Under the pieces are notes generated by a model that saw only the letters and a list, made by a program, of their open reading frames with translations, was not told the DNA's origin and ran no database searches. A DNA stretch of 64,000 nucleotides, taken from assembly GCA_963718895.1 (NCBI GenBank), contig CAVRAG010000008.1, positions 800,001 to 864,000 on the forward strand, given 5' to 3'. The position numbers and the translations under genes are program-made. Source of the stretch: an uncultured Nitrososphaerota archaeon. Lineage in GTDB: Archaea; Thermoproteota; Nitrososphaeria; Nitrososphaerales; Gagatemarchaeaceae. Of this stretch, positions 51,465-62,683 are shown in pieces. Every line of letters starts with the position of its first letter. Position 1 is the first letter of the stretch.

Positions 51465-51580
51465 TCACGCCGAGACCTTCACCTTGGTCGTCTGGACCTG
51501 GTCCGGCGTCGAGACGCGCACCATGGCCCCGCCGATCTTAAGGAGACCTCGTTCAGAGATGGACTCGTCCTCTCCAATGT
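51465..51580 (-). repeat. ATPase-tail repeat copy C
   Basis: LLKIGGAMVRVSTPDQVQTTKVKVSA*. Confidence 0.75.
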
Positions 51581-51588
51581 CCACAGAA

Positions 51589-52317
51589 TCATGCAGGCAC
51601 TTCGATACGCTTCGATCGGCCTGCCTCCAGCCCCAATCGAAGATGTCTCTTCTTCGTTGGCGCATTCTCCAGCCGCGCCTCGACGAGCTTCCTTAGGCGC
51701 TTGTACTGCTTCCGGACCGTCACTTCTCCTACCCCAGCCGCCTCTGCAGCCTCACGCTGGGTCAGCGCGCTGCCCTCAAGCATCGAGGCCAGATAGAGGG
51801 CCGAGGCAGCGAGCCCCCGGGGGTAGACGCCGTCGGTGATTCCCGCTCTCTCGGCTTGCGACAGTATCTCTCGAGCATCCGCCTCCACCTTCAGCCCCAC
51901 ATTCGTTCGGTATGCGACCCTCGCCAAGCACTCCGTTGGGTCGCCGACGGGGATCTTCAGGTCGAGCTCGTTGACCAGCGACCTGTACCACCTAGCTACC
52001 GTTATGCTTCCCACGCCGCTGGCCGCGGCCACGTCATCGAGGGTTGTTGCGATGCTCCTCTCCCTGCAGGCGGCATAGAGCGATGAGACGGCGATTTTGG
52101 CGAGTGGCTTCCCCTTCGCCAGACCCGTTTTCAGACTTCTATTGTAGATAGAGGTCGCTTCGTCTGTCACCTCGTGGGGGAGGAGAAGTTTGTCGGAGGC
52201 CTTCTTGATTTCTCTGAGAGCAACTCCTGCTGCTTCAACCCTGTTCTCTGTGATCAATGCCTTCAGCCTCCTGGGCTGAGAACCTCCTGACCAAGTTGTC
52301 CATTCCAACCACGGCAA
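51589..52317 (-). CDS. TFIIB/TFB-like cyclin-fold protein lacking zinc ribbon
   Basis: LYAACR...TLDDVA...LYLAS...TQREAAEAAGVGEVTVRKQYK. Confidence 0.8.
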   Translation of the reverse strand: MPWLEWTTWSGGSQPRRLKALITENRVEAAGVALREIKKASDKLLLPHEVTDEATSIYNRSLKTGLAKGKPLAKIAVSSLYAACRERSIATTLDDVAAASGVGSITVARWYRSLVNELDLKIPVGDPTECLARVAYRTNVGLKVEADAREILSQAERAGITDGVYPRGLAASALYLASMLEGSALTQREAAEAAGVGEVTVRKQYKRLRKLVEARLENAPTKKRHLRLGLEAGRSKRIEVPA

Positions 52318-52385
52318 TCAGTCATCCCGCAGTTTCGGCCGCTGCTGTGAAGATCCAATCTTGCCGAGCGCGGGCTGATTATGTG

Positions 52386-53345
52386 CTATTTCGACCGAGC
52401 TCCCCTAGACGCGAAGATCACTCCGGCTAACACAATGGCGACAGCCACCACAACGTAGCTCGCGTCATTGCCGAACGACGAGGAACCCGAGGTCGTTGAC
52501 GATGAGGTAGACGAAGTGGTCGATGACATGGAGGTTGAAGTGGTTGTGGAGCTTGAGCTGGCACCACTTGAGACCATGGAACTGGTCGTACTCGTTGAAG
52601 GTGTAGTGTTGGTGGTGCTCGAAGTCGCAGTTGTGCTTGCCGTGTAGGTCTGGCTGCTCAGGCTCAGCAGATATGTGTTCATGTCAGTTGCCGCGTGGGC
52701 CCCGGGTTCGGAGAACTCTCCCACCGCAAAGCCAACCTCAATCGAAGTTCCTGAAGCGAGGCCGAGGAACGGGTCGTGAGGCGAAGCGTTGGTGAGATGG
52801 AGTGGCCGATAGCATTCTGCCGTGTAGACGGTCCCTGAGAGGGCCAGTGCACAGGTCGACTGGGTCTTGTAGCCGTCGGTTTCGACCGATGTCGGAGTGG
52901 TCTCAGCCTGAGATATGAACTCGTCGTAACCTCCCTTGAAGGAGGGACTGACGAGAAGCATGATGGCTGGGTTGAGCGCAGTTCCCATTACACCGACGTT
53001 GCTCGCGTTATCGAACTCGACGCCGCCGTAACAGTACTGGTCGGTACAAAGTCCGCTGGTGATCATCTCGGGCCACTGCATGAGAATGAACAATCCGGTC
53101 GCGTTGTGTTTGAAGGCGACGCCCATGCTCGAGACCGAATCGTTAATCATCTGGGCATCGCTCCATTCACCAGGAGAGACCTTCCCGTCGAGCTTCACCG
53201 GCGCTTGAGCCTGATAGGCTACGAGGGTCTGGGCTGCGCTCACGTGTGGAACGGCCGCTGCCAGCAGAAGGGCCAGGAGGAGCGCCAGAGGGAGGGTACC
53301 GAATCTTCGTTTACGGAGCACAGCTAACCTATCTTCCAATGACAT
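52386..53345 (-). CDS. Secreted, membrane-anchored DOMON/CBM9-like protein
   Basis: Signal peptide; PVKLDG..SPGEWSDA; YTAECYRPL; S/T stalk; C-terminal TM. Confidence 0.65.
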   Translation of the reverse strand: MSLEDRLAVLRKRRFGTLPLALLLALLLAAAVPHVSAAQTLVAYQAQAPVKLDGKVSPGEWSDAQMINDSVSSMGVAFKHNATGLFILMQWPEMITSGLCTDQYCYGGVEFDNASNVGVMGTALNPAIMLLVSPSFKGGYDEFISQAETTPTSVETDGYKTQSTCALALSGTVYTAECYRPLHLTNASPHDPFLGLASGTSIEVGFAVGEFSEPGAHAATDMNTYLLSLSSQTYTASTTATSSTTNTTPSTSTTSSMVSSGASSSSTTTSTSMSSTTSSTSSSTTSGSSSFGNDASYVVVAVAIVLAGVIFASRGARSK

Positions 53346-53557
53346 CCACCCTGAGGTCAGGAGGACATTCCCAATGGTCTACTCGTTCCGACCTGTCCGA
53401 AGCTCTCCACGGGGAGAGTGCATCGCCTACTGCATGCCCGTTAGCGGACCGTTTGCTCCTGTAATTTCCTCGCTGACCCTTCATGTCTACATCTAGGTCC
53501 CTCTGGTCTCTTCTCCAGTCCTCTTGGTTCTCGCTGTTGAGTCGTAGCTTGTGGGTG

Positions 53558-55220
53558 CTATGACCAGGCGGTCTCCGCTGCTGCATTGGTCCCCGCGATG
53601 CGACCGGAGATGAAGGTCCAGATCATGTGTGTGCCGTGACCTGCGGGCATCGACCCGCCCTTGCCACTGTCGCCACCGGCATACAGCCTGGGGATTGGTT
53701 TGCCGGCTTCATCCACCACGTGCAGGTCTGGGAAGGAGATGTTCAGCGTACCGTTAGTCTGCTGTGTCGAGTACATCGACGACTTCATGCCGTAGAAGGG
53801 CGGGGTGAGTATTCCGGGCCCAAGTGTCGACCTATTGAAGTCGGCGTCCTTGCCTGCAGTGCAGTAGCCGTTATACTTCGTCACCGTGGCCGCCAGACCC
53901 GTCGCGCTTATGCCAAGGGCATTGGCCAGGTCTGTCAAGGTGCTGGCTTGCGACAGCACCCCCTGGGCCAGCCATTCATTGAAGTATGTGTGCCCCGAGC
54001 TAATGTGCATCACCACATTGGCTTTGGCTGGAACGCTGTCGAAGATCATGTAAGCTGTGCTATTCGTCTGCGCCAGCGTGTCTGTAGCAGTGGTGCTCCC
54101 TATCTCGTTCGTGAATCTGACCCCTTGGTTGTTGACCCATATGGCGTACGACATGATTGCTGGCTGATACTGGTAGGCTGTCAGCTTCGCGTTGGGGTTG
54201 GTGGAAGTCGACGGGTATCCATATGAGGTGTCAGGGTTGATGTGAGTGTTCACTACGTCCCACTTGAGCTGGGGCGCAGGCACGTTGTCGAGGCAAATCG
54301 GCGCGCCTCCGATAGCCATCGCCTCTATGATCGCATCGCCAGTGTCCCCTGGACATGCGGAGCTTGGCAATGAGAAGTAGCTCGGAGTCGTTCCAAACAT
54401 CCCAAGGAACTTCTTGTTGGCGGATGGGTCACCCGCGGCCAAGACCACGGCTTTCCTTGCCTTGACGTTGATGACTTTGTTTGCGCTCTGCGCAGTGACA
54501 CCTATGACACCGTTGACGGGATCTCGGATGAGAGACGTCACCGGGGTACTGTACAGGAACGTGACGCCTTTGGCGGTCGCGGCTCGCATTGAGAGTCGTT
54601 GGGTATGTTGAGGAGTTCGGTACGGCCGCCATGAGACGAGGGGCGGTGCTCGTCCCGTCAAGAAGTGGGCTGTACGGCTGCCAAATCACTCCCTGCGCAG
54701 TCAGGAAATCGATTGCCGCGGCGCCGTTGTTGGTGATAAGCGTCGCAAGCCCCGGGTTGATTCTTGGGTCGGTGCCAGGGCCCGTCAGTTCGGCAAAGTA
54801 TTGGGCGGGTGAGTCCGTTATGCCCGCTGCAGCTTGGTACTTGGTGCCGCATCCTGATAGCGTGCCAGCGCAATGGCCAGAATCCGCCAATAGCGAACTG
54901 GGCTCCTTCTCCAGGACGAGTACCTTGGCTCCGGCACCAACTGCTTCTATCGCAGCGGATAGGCCGGTTGTGCCTGCGCCCATTATGACGACATCTGCTG
55001 TGTAGTCCCAGGTTGAAGGGATTCCCAGAGTCGTCGTGGCCGTCTGCGTCTGGGTGACAGCAGGCTGCGTCGTGGTCTGAGTCGAAGTCTCTGTCGTCGT
55101 CGAGGCGGACTTCCCCAGGTATCCGCCCGTCGCACCTATCACAGCGCCGACCGCAAGGCCTGCTACTGTTCCAGCTACGAATCTCCGCCGTGTTAGTGTG
55201 CCTTTTGATTCTTCAGTCAA
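53558..55220 (-). CDS. Tat-exported FAD_binding_2 flavoprotein 1, frameshift near 54585
   Basis: TRRRFV; GAGTTG; VVLAAG; DTGDAI; IPRLYAGG; SGRIAG. Confidence 0.85.
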
Positions 55221-55253
55221 TCTATATCTGAGTAACGAGTTGTGTCCAGTTCG

Positions 55254-55297
55254 TATTAAGGTGGGACGTAACATGTGCAACCAATCCGACATCATTT
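55254..55297 (-). promoter_or_regulatory. Conserved promoter/operator of flavoprotein 1
   Basis: TATTAAGGTGGGACGTAACATGTGCAA, 22/27 identical to 58461..58487. Confidence 0.65.
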
Positions 55298-55536
55298 GCA
55301 CCCGCAATTCGAGATGAGTGCGAGAATCGTAAACGAATCCTGTTCTAGGCATCCGGAACGAGCAGGCTCGAAACCCCTTCATCGGCTTCGCCTGTTGGGG
55401 CGCTTGCCTTGTTGCCCTTTTGGGTCTGCGGACGTGAGGAACTTCGTAAGAATCGACCGGAAACGAGGGTCAAAGTCCGTTCGAATTGGAACCGATTCAT
55501 CAGCAGCCTCGGCCAAAACCCACCCGGCACTGCGCT

Positions 55537-55880
55537 CATACGCGAGTCAGGAATATCAGGTTGTTGAGGACCGGGGCGATGGCCCCAGCTAGGAGGGCAA
55601 GGGAGAGCACCAGATAGAAATCAAAGATATACTCGTTCATCCTGTGCCACCACCGCCACACGACGATCGACACTACCGCGAAGAACAGCGAGACGACGAT
55701 CTTTGCGATTACGTATCCTTGGACCCCTACACTGGCGATGACATAGGCAGAAATCCCGTTGATCTCCGTCCTCCGTTCGAAAGGCCGACTTCGGTCGTGT
55801 ATGCGTCGACTGCGTTGAGGATGCAGAAGACGGCGATCATCGCTGAGGCCAGCTTGATGCGGGTACTCACGGTAAGTTGC
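55537..55880 (-). CDS. DUF5658-like membrane protein, frameshifted
   Basis: LNAVDAYTTEVGLSNGG / EINGI...AKIVV...VLNNL. Confidence 0.6.
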
Positions 55881-55935
55881 TGAATCCCGCCATCAGGTCG
55901 GGCTCTCATGACCTTGTCACACAATTGGCTCGTCG

Positions 55936-56484
55936 TTAACCCTTTCGCTGGACAAATAGCCTCACCAAGGATTCTCTTGCCTGCGCCGGACCCCGCGACC
56001 TGTCTTCCGCATACTCGTGGTGCCTTTTGTTCAACTTATCCTCTTGCCCAGCGGCTGCAGCCTCCAGTGCCGTGGGGTAAACGCCGCCTGTGATCCCCGC
56101 CTTCTCGGCCTTCGACAGCATCTCGAGAGCGTCAGCCTCCACCTTCGGCCCCACTTTCGCTCGGCACGCCACGCTTGCCAGGCACTCCGCTGGGTCGGCG
56201 ACGGGGATCTTCAGGTCGAGCTCCCCGACCAGCAATCTGTATCGCCTGGGTACTGCTTCCTTTCCACGCGGCTGGCTGCTGACACGTCTCCCAGCGTCAC
56301 CGGGGCCTTCCTCTCCCTCCAGGCGGCATATAGGGGACGCGGCAGCGATTTGGGAGAGCGGCCTCTCTCTGGCGAGACTTCTATCCAGACTCTTCTTGCA
56401 TATGCGAGCAGCCTCGTCCGAGACCGCCACTGGGATTGAGAGTTTCTCGGAGAACTGACCGAGTTCCCCGAGCGCGATTCCCAC
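55936..56484 (-). pseudogene. Second TFB-like gene, degraded
   Basis: ELDLKIPVADPAECL...KVEADA...AGITGGVYP matches 51589..52317; indels and truncated ends. Confidence 0.75.
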
Positions 56485-56668
56485 TTCAGTTCTGCTTAAT
56501 CGACAGTCTCTTGACCGTGTACCCTATTACCAGCCCAATCAGCAGGAGGACGACCGTCGCGCCGAAATTCGCAGTGGTCACCAGTCCACTTTCACTTGTC
56601 TCTAGCTGTTCAGGAATTCGCGGGCATGGGGAGAGATGCTCCAGTGAGGAGCACCTCGCGGAGTGGGC

Positions 56669-58426
56669 CTACGATGTCCAGGGGACCTCGTTGGTAGCGT
56701 TGTTCCCGGCGATCCGGCCGAAGGCGACCAACTCGCCTAGGTTGCTGCTTCCCGTGGGATAGAGGAACGCCACGCCTGACCCGAGCTCTCCCGCAGAGTA
56801 AAGTCTTGGGATAGCTGTGCCATCGTAGCGGCAAACCTGAGCTTTCTCATTCCGTATGGGTCCTCCGTTCGTGTTTGGTCCTCCGGGCCACACCGCAACG
56901 GCATAGAAGGGCGGGGTCACAATCGGAGCCATCGTGCTAGCAGCCCTACCGAACTGGGCGTCACTCTTTGCTGCGACCGCTTGGTTCCATGTGTTTACCG
57001 TGGCTGTCAGGACCTTCGGATCGATGTTGAAGCTTATCGTGGTCGCAGGCCCCCCAATACCTGACCCAGGATACACGTCCACGATTGTCGCGCTGTTAAT
57101 GGCGTTCGCCAGGTCTGCAATGCTCGTTTGCCCCTTTATGATCCATCCCTTCGCTATCTCTGGAAGGTTGGTCGTGCTCCACGCAGGAGCACCTCCCAAC
57201 TGGGACGGAAGCTCGCACTGCGCAGCTGTCGGCTGTGGTCCGATTGGTCCGGCCAGCCTCAAGGTCTCGTCGAATATTATGAAGCTGGGGATTCGAGTGT
57301 ACTCAGGTACATCTGGATTGAAGTCTTCCATCCATATCCATCCTCCGTGGCCAGTCATGGTAGAGTCAACTTCATTTACGTACCTGTATCCGTACTTGTT
57401 TACGTAGATGTAGTTGTTGCTAGGGGTTGAAACGTTCGTAGCCGTGGGGGACCATGCCGCATTCCAGAGAATTGGGCGTCCCGCCATCGAATTGGTGTGC
57501 CATAACCCCGCCCCGACTTTGAGACCCATCTCTATTCCGTCGCCTGTGTTGAATTGCCAGCCGTAGAAGTGAACTGGGTACGACCTGAGGTAATTCAGCT
57601 TCATGTCCTCGTTGTACTCGAAGCCCCCAGTGCACAGAACCACCGCCCTCTTCGCCTGGATGTTCACCATTTCGCCCATGTTCTGAATGGCTTGCACTCC
57701 TAGAATCTCATTGGTCTTCGGGTCTTGGACGAGGTCGGTTGCTCGGGTGTTGAAGGCAACAGGAATGCCCCGACTCTGGACGAGCCCATCTAGGGCTTGG
57801 AAGAATCCAGCACCCGCGCCTGCAATCATGTACGACGTTGTCATACCTGCGTATATGCCCGGAAGCCCTGGGTACTCTTGGGCTCGTAAACTGCCGGCAT
57901 ACTTGATACCCATCGCATCAAGCCAAGCTTTATTCTGGTATGCCACTGCATCCCACGCTTGACAGTACGGCATTGGTGTTGCTCCCCAGGCTCCATTGTA
58001 GAGTCCCTCAACCGCGGCGACAGGGTCGTTTGGGCTCTCTACGCCGCCACCAGACATGTGAGTGTTTCCACCGCCGCCAGAGATCTGAGTATAAGCTGTA
58101 GTTCCGTTGGTTACTCCTAAGCTAGCGAGGCTCGGAGTCTTCTCGAGTATGAGTACTTTGGCTCCCATGTCGAAGGCGGTGATTGCGGTGATGGCGCCCG
58201 CGCCTCCGTAGCCCACGACGACGACGTCGGCCGACATGGTCCAGTTCGATGGTACCGGGACTGGTTCACTTCGGGGGGCCGCGGAGCCTCTGCCGATTGG
58301 CACCGCCCCGACCTTCGGAACAAAACCTGCTGCCCCTGCCACAGCGCCGAAGGCCGCCGCACCAGCTACCGCTGATCCCATGAACTGTCTCCTTGATAGT
58401 TTCGTACCCGATATTGGATCTGTCAA
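56669..58426 (-). CDS. Tat-exported FAD_binding_2 flavoprotein 2
   Basis: SRRQFM; GYGGAG; LCTGGFE; NTGDG; IPRLYSAGE; FGRIAG. Confidence 0.92.
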   Translation of the reverse strand: MTDPISGTKLSRRQFMGSAVAGAAAFGAVAGAAGFVPKVGAVPIGRGSAAPRSEPVPVPSNWTMSADVVVVGYGGAGAITAITAFDMGAKVLILEKTPSLASLGVTNGTTAYTQISGGGGNTHMSGGGVESPNDPVAAVEGLYNGAWGATPMPYCQAWDAVAYQNKAWLDAMGIKYAGSLRAQEYPGLPGIYAGMTTSYMIAGAGAGFFQALDGLVQSRGIPVAFNTRATDLVQDPKTNEILGVQAIQNMGEMVNIQAKRAVVLCTGGFEYNEDMKLNYLRSYPVHFYGWQFNTGDGIEMGLKVGAGLWHTNSMAGRPILWNAAWSPTATNVSTPSNNYIYVNKYGYRYVNEVDSTMTGHGGWIWMEDFNPDVPEYTRIPSFIIFDETLRLAGPIGPQPTAAQCELPSQLGGAPAWSTTNLPEIAKGWIIKGQTSIADLANAINSATIVDVYPGSGIGGPATTISFNIDPKVLTATVNTWNQAVAAKSDAQFGRAASTMAPIVTPPFYAVAVWPGGPNTNGGPIRNEKAQVCRYDGTAIPRLYSAGELGSGVAFLYPTGSSNLGELVAFGRIAGNNATNEVPWTS

Positions 58427-58460
58427 TTTAAGACGTCTGAAAATTTGCGATCTGCAACTC

Positions 58461-58513
58461 TATTTAGGCGGGACGTAATGTTTGCAAGCAATTTGGGTGC
58501 AAGTGACATCATT
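58461..58513 (-). promoter_or_regulatory. Conserved promoter/operator of flavoprotein 2
   Basis: TATTTAGGCGGGACGTAATGTTTGCAA and GACATCATTT shared with the 55254 region. Confidence 0.65.
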
Positions 58514-58753
58514 TCCCCGGATGAGCGAGAGCGGTCAGCATAATCGAGACTTCTGTTGGGACCGCTCCCAATTCATCAGTGTCTTATCTCGGGGCGCCAA
58601 CGCTGGTCACTAAAGCCGGGCCAGGGCGCTTGTTTCTCATCTGTACATGCCTTCCCCTGATTCTCCCCGATATCCCGTTACCCATTACAATCTGAGCGTC
58701 GGGCCTGTAGAAAGATGTGCTCAATGTCGCCTCTCATCGACTCTTATCATTGT

Positions 58754-58930
58754 CTATTCGGCGACTTTCACTTTGGTCGTCGCGACCTGCTTTGGCGTCG
58801 AGACGTGCACCATGGCCTCGCCGATCTTCAGGAGCATGAACTGGGAGATGAACCTGTCGGCCTCGTGCTTGTTGACCATGAACCGAAGCATCAGGTCGAT
58901 GTCCGACCTTCGAAGATCGCAACCCCGTTC
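58754..58930 (-). repeat. ATPase-tail repeat copy D (longest)
   Basis: SDIDLMLRFMVNKHEADRFISQFMLLKIGEAMVHVSTPKQVATTKVKVAE*. Confidence 0.75.
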
Positions 58931-59075
58931 TCGCAGAGCTCCTCGCAGAGTACCCCGACGGCGTAGGAGGGGAGACTCGCGAAATTCTGTGTCCGCCTCC
59001 AAGGGGAGAAGTTCTCCAAGCAGGACCACCTTTAACTAGGCAAAAAAATTCAATGATGTAAAAGGAGTCTATAGC

Positions 59076-60513
59076 TTGAGTGAATACAGCGCCTGGTCTG
59101 CAACCGCCGCCGCGACCAGCACCATCGCCGGCCAGAATTCCCTTTCCTTCAACTTCAAGGGGAGTCTTGCGTTCAACGTTTACCTCTCGCAAGTCTCGAA
59201 TCCGGAGGGGGCCGCAGTTTCGGCCATTCCAAAGAACTCAGTTCTAGGAAGGATGGTAGGGGTATTCGACGCGGAGCTTTCGACCCCGACGAGGAAGGTG
59301 AGGGGGGAGGGGACCGTGGGGTGGATTGTCGGGGGGGTATACGACCCGACGACGGAGACGATCAGCATCGCGATTCGAAGCTGTGACGTTGATGCGACCG
59401 GAACTGACACTACCTTTGGAGACGCTGTCCAGAGGTCGGCTTCTGCGGGAGTGCCATTCTCGACAACTCTAAGCTGGGGATGGAAGGCCCCCAGAGACTA
59501 CTTGGGGCAGATTGCATGGAATTTGGATCCCTCGAGCGTCCTCGAGGCCATGAAGGTTCCTGCAGCGCAGTTCACTTCGGGACGCGAAATCGATACCTAC
59601 GTGGTGAACAGCATTCCCCTGACCGGCGTGAGAGGGTTGGAGCCTTTGGTATTGGATCTTAAGGAGCCCAAAGCGCAGACGCTCACACAGACGTTCCAGG
59701 ACGAGACCGGATTGGGGACCCGGACAACGACGTGGTCGTTCACCCTCATGCCGCACTTCAGCATCGAACGGGATGGGCGGACGGCTGATGCAAGCCATTC
59801 GTTTGTCTCGACGGATTCAATCAATCTTCAATTGGCCATTCCAGGGGTGACTCTCTCAAGGTCGGGTTGGGCAAACCTTCATTCATGGGAGGTAAAGGGA
59901 ACAGGACCGTACAGCGGGAGCGGGATCCCCAGTCAGATGCTTCGCAGCACGACGTTTAGCTTTAGGCCTAATCCAGGAGAACGGCCGACGGCCGGTTCGA
60001 TATATCGCAATCGTCCACTTCAGTACACCGTGTCGGCAACACTCAGCGGTAGAATGGAGTTCTTCATCCTCACCCAGGATGAAACAGACATCCTCCGTCA
60101 GGAGTACATCGACCACGGCGAGGGCTTCGTCCCAACGCGTGGCGACTGCGTGGACCACCGGATTGACGACTCCTTCAATGAAGGCAACTACAACTTGGTG
60201 CTAGACGGCGGGATGCAGGCCGCCTTCGACAAGGTGGTTTCGGAGTTCGGAGAAGAGCACGGTAATGTCCAGGTGGTCGGAGGGTTTCGATCCCCCCAGA
60301 GGAACAAGGCAATCGGCGACGCTCCATCCCAATAACAAGCACACTCTTGGCAGGGCCCTGAATCTGACGCCTCAGCCACTAAGCCCCAGCTCCCTGGTGG
60401 CGCTGTACCAGGCATGTGTGAGAGCTGGGTACCAAAGCAGCTGCGAAGCGGCGCCGGGCAGAACAGTTTCTCCGGGCAGCCCAGAAGGGAAGCACGTACA
60501 CATAGACTGGTAA
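59076..60513 (+). CDS. Protein with C-terminal peptidase M15-like domain, frameshift near 60325
   Basis: GFRSPQRNKAIG / NNKHTLGRALNL...HVHIDW. Confidence 0.65.
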
Positions 60514-60776
60514 GGACTGTTTCGAGATTACGGGTATTGCTCCTCACAGCCAGTGTGAGTCAGCCGATCTACGCGGTCAATACCACGACGACAATCAGGA
60601 GAGTCATGCGAGCGTAACGTGACTAACATGCGAACGACTTTGCCCACTTCGTCGGTTACGGTGAACTTCGCCGACTGTCATGCAACGGAAATTCACCAAT
60701 TCATGAAGCACTTATGGTCCTCATAAAATTTGGGAGGGGAAAGCTCCCTGGTCCTGGAGCTTTCCGGCCGTGAAAT

Positions 60777-62630
60777 CTACGATGTCCACGGGTTCTCTGC
60801 GGCGGCGTTGTTGCCCGCGATGCGCCCAAAGGCGCAGACCTCTCCCAGGTTGGACCCACTATAGATCTCGGCGAAGACGGACCCGAGTTCCCCGGCGCTG
60901 TACAGCCTCGGTATCGGGTTGTAGTCCGGGTCGCACACGCGAGCCATCTCATCCCGAATAGGACCTCCATTTACGTTGGGCCCCTCCGGCCAGAGGGGGA
61001 GCGCGTAGTATGGCGGAGTCGATATTGCGGCCATGGTCGACGGGGCCCTGCCGAAGACCGTATCACCCTTGCCAGCCGCGACGTCGTTGTTCCACTGGTT
61101 TATGGCTGCAGTCAGGTTCGCAGCGCTGAAGTGCGGGCAGCTTGTGCCTTGCGGCAGGGTTACGTTATCCATGCTTTCGGAGGCGTTCCAGCCTGGTGGA
61201 GTCGCCATCCCCTGGTTCGAACCGATGATTGTTGCCGAGGCAATATTCGCGGCCAGCGTTGGTATGTCCTGCCCCTTGAAGATGATTCCTGCCGCCACCA
61301 GGGCGTCGTTGGTCCAAGCAGTTCCTGCCGCTGAGCCTGTGAAGTTGCCGTTTGAACCCCAGCCTCCCAGCTGGACTGGTACCGCTCCGCCCCCGTTGGC
61401 CACCCCTCCTTCGTAGCCAAACACAGGTCCGGCATTGTACATCTTTGAATCGAAGATCAGCATGGTCGGGACGCGGGAGAACTCACCATATGTGAAATTC
61501 CATTCCGTGGCTACCTTCCAAGTGCTATGACTCGGAAGGCCAGTCTCACCCGCGAATCTATTGCCGTACCTGTCGGTCCAGATCCAGTTGTTTGACGGAG
61601 TGTTAAAGGCCCCGCCCATGTTGTGGGTGGGTTCCCAAGTCCCAAGACGTCCGCCAATCGAGGTCATGTGCCACAGACCCGCTCCTGCTTTCAGTGCCAT
61701 TTTGACCCCGTCGCCTGTGTTGTACTGCCAACCACCGAGGTGACAAGGTTTCAGACCCAGATAGTTCGCCTTCATGACCCCGTCGTATTCGAAGCTCCCT
61801 GTAGTGAGGACGACCGCCCTGTTGGCCTGGACTGTCACGACCTGGCTCTCGTTCTGCAGCGCCTGTACTCCTAGTACTTCACCCGTCGTGGGATTCTGGA
61901 TCAGGCCGGTTCCCCTGGTGCTGAAGAGGACGGGGATGCCTCTCGTGACGGTTACCAGTTGGTCGAGATCGTGGAAAAGTTGCCTGCCCGCGTTCGGGGG
62001 TGTGACGGTTGTCCACCCTGCTGTGGCCCCGCCTGGCCATATTGTACCATACTCCACGGAACGTGAAGTACCGGGATAATTGTATGTGAGCCCCAGTGAA
62101 TGCATGTACGCCCCGTTTTGAGCGTACATTTCTGCGAAGGCCTGACACACCTTCATCGGAGTCTGGCCGAACCAGCTGTAGTAGAAGAATGTCGCGGCCG
62201 AGACCGGATCGCTACAAGAGTCGGTATTCCCACCGCATATGTGCGTGTTACCTCCGCCACCGCTGATTTCGGTTTCGAATGTCTTGTTGTTCGCAACCCC
62301 AAGGGCAGCGAGACTCGGGGTCTTTTCGAGTATGAGCACCTTGGCTCCCGCATCGTAGGCGCTGATGGCTGCATAGGCCCCCGCCCCCCCGTAGCCCACT
62401 ACGACCACGTCAGAGGAGTACGTCCACCTAGAGGGAACCGGTATCGGGGCAGCCTTGTTACTAGGAAAGGAATCTGGAAACAGGAGATTCGTCCTTCGCT
62501 CCAGCGGTCAACGCATTGAGAGTTGACCCAGTTGCGGCGTGCGGCGCAAGAGACGTTGCTACCACTGAACCACCGATTGCGGCTGCGCCGACGGCAGCCG
62601 TCCCGAGGAAATTCCTCCTCGAGACCTTCA
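60777..62630 (-). CDS. Tat-exported FAD_binding_2 flavoprotein 3, frameshift near 62465
   Basis: SRRNFL in ORF 62461..62661; GYGGAG, NTGDG, IPRLYSAGE in 60777..62408. Confidence 0.88.
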
Positions 62631-62683
62631 TATCGCTAACACTCTCCTTCTCGTTATGCATGAAATTCGCGTTTGTTAGAACG

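Noticed and set aside
53558-62630. Calling the flavoproteins sdhA/frdA
   Set aside because: Tat signals, no C-terminal helical domain and no Fe-S or anchor subunit genes
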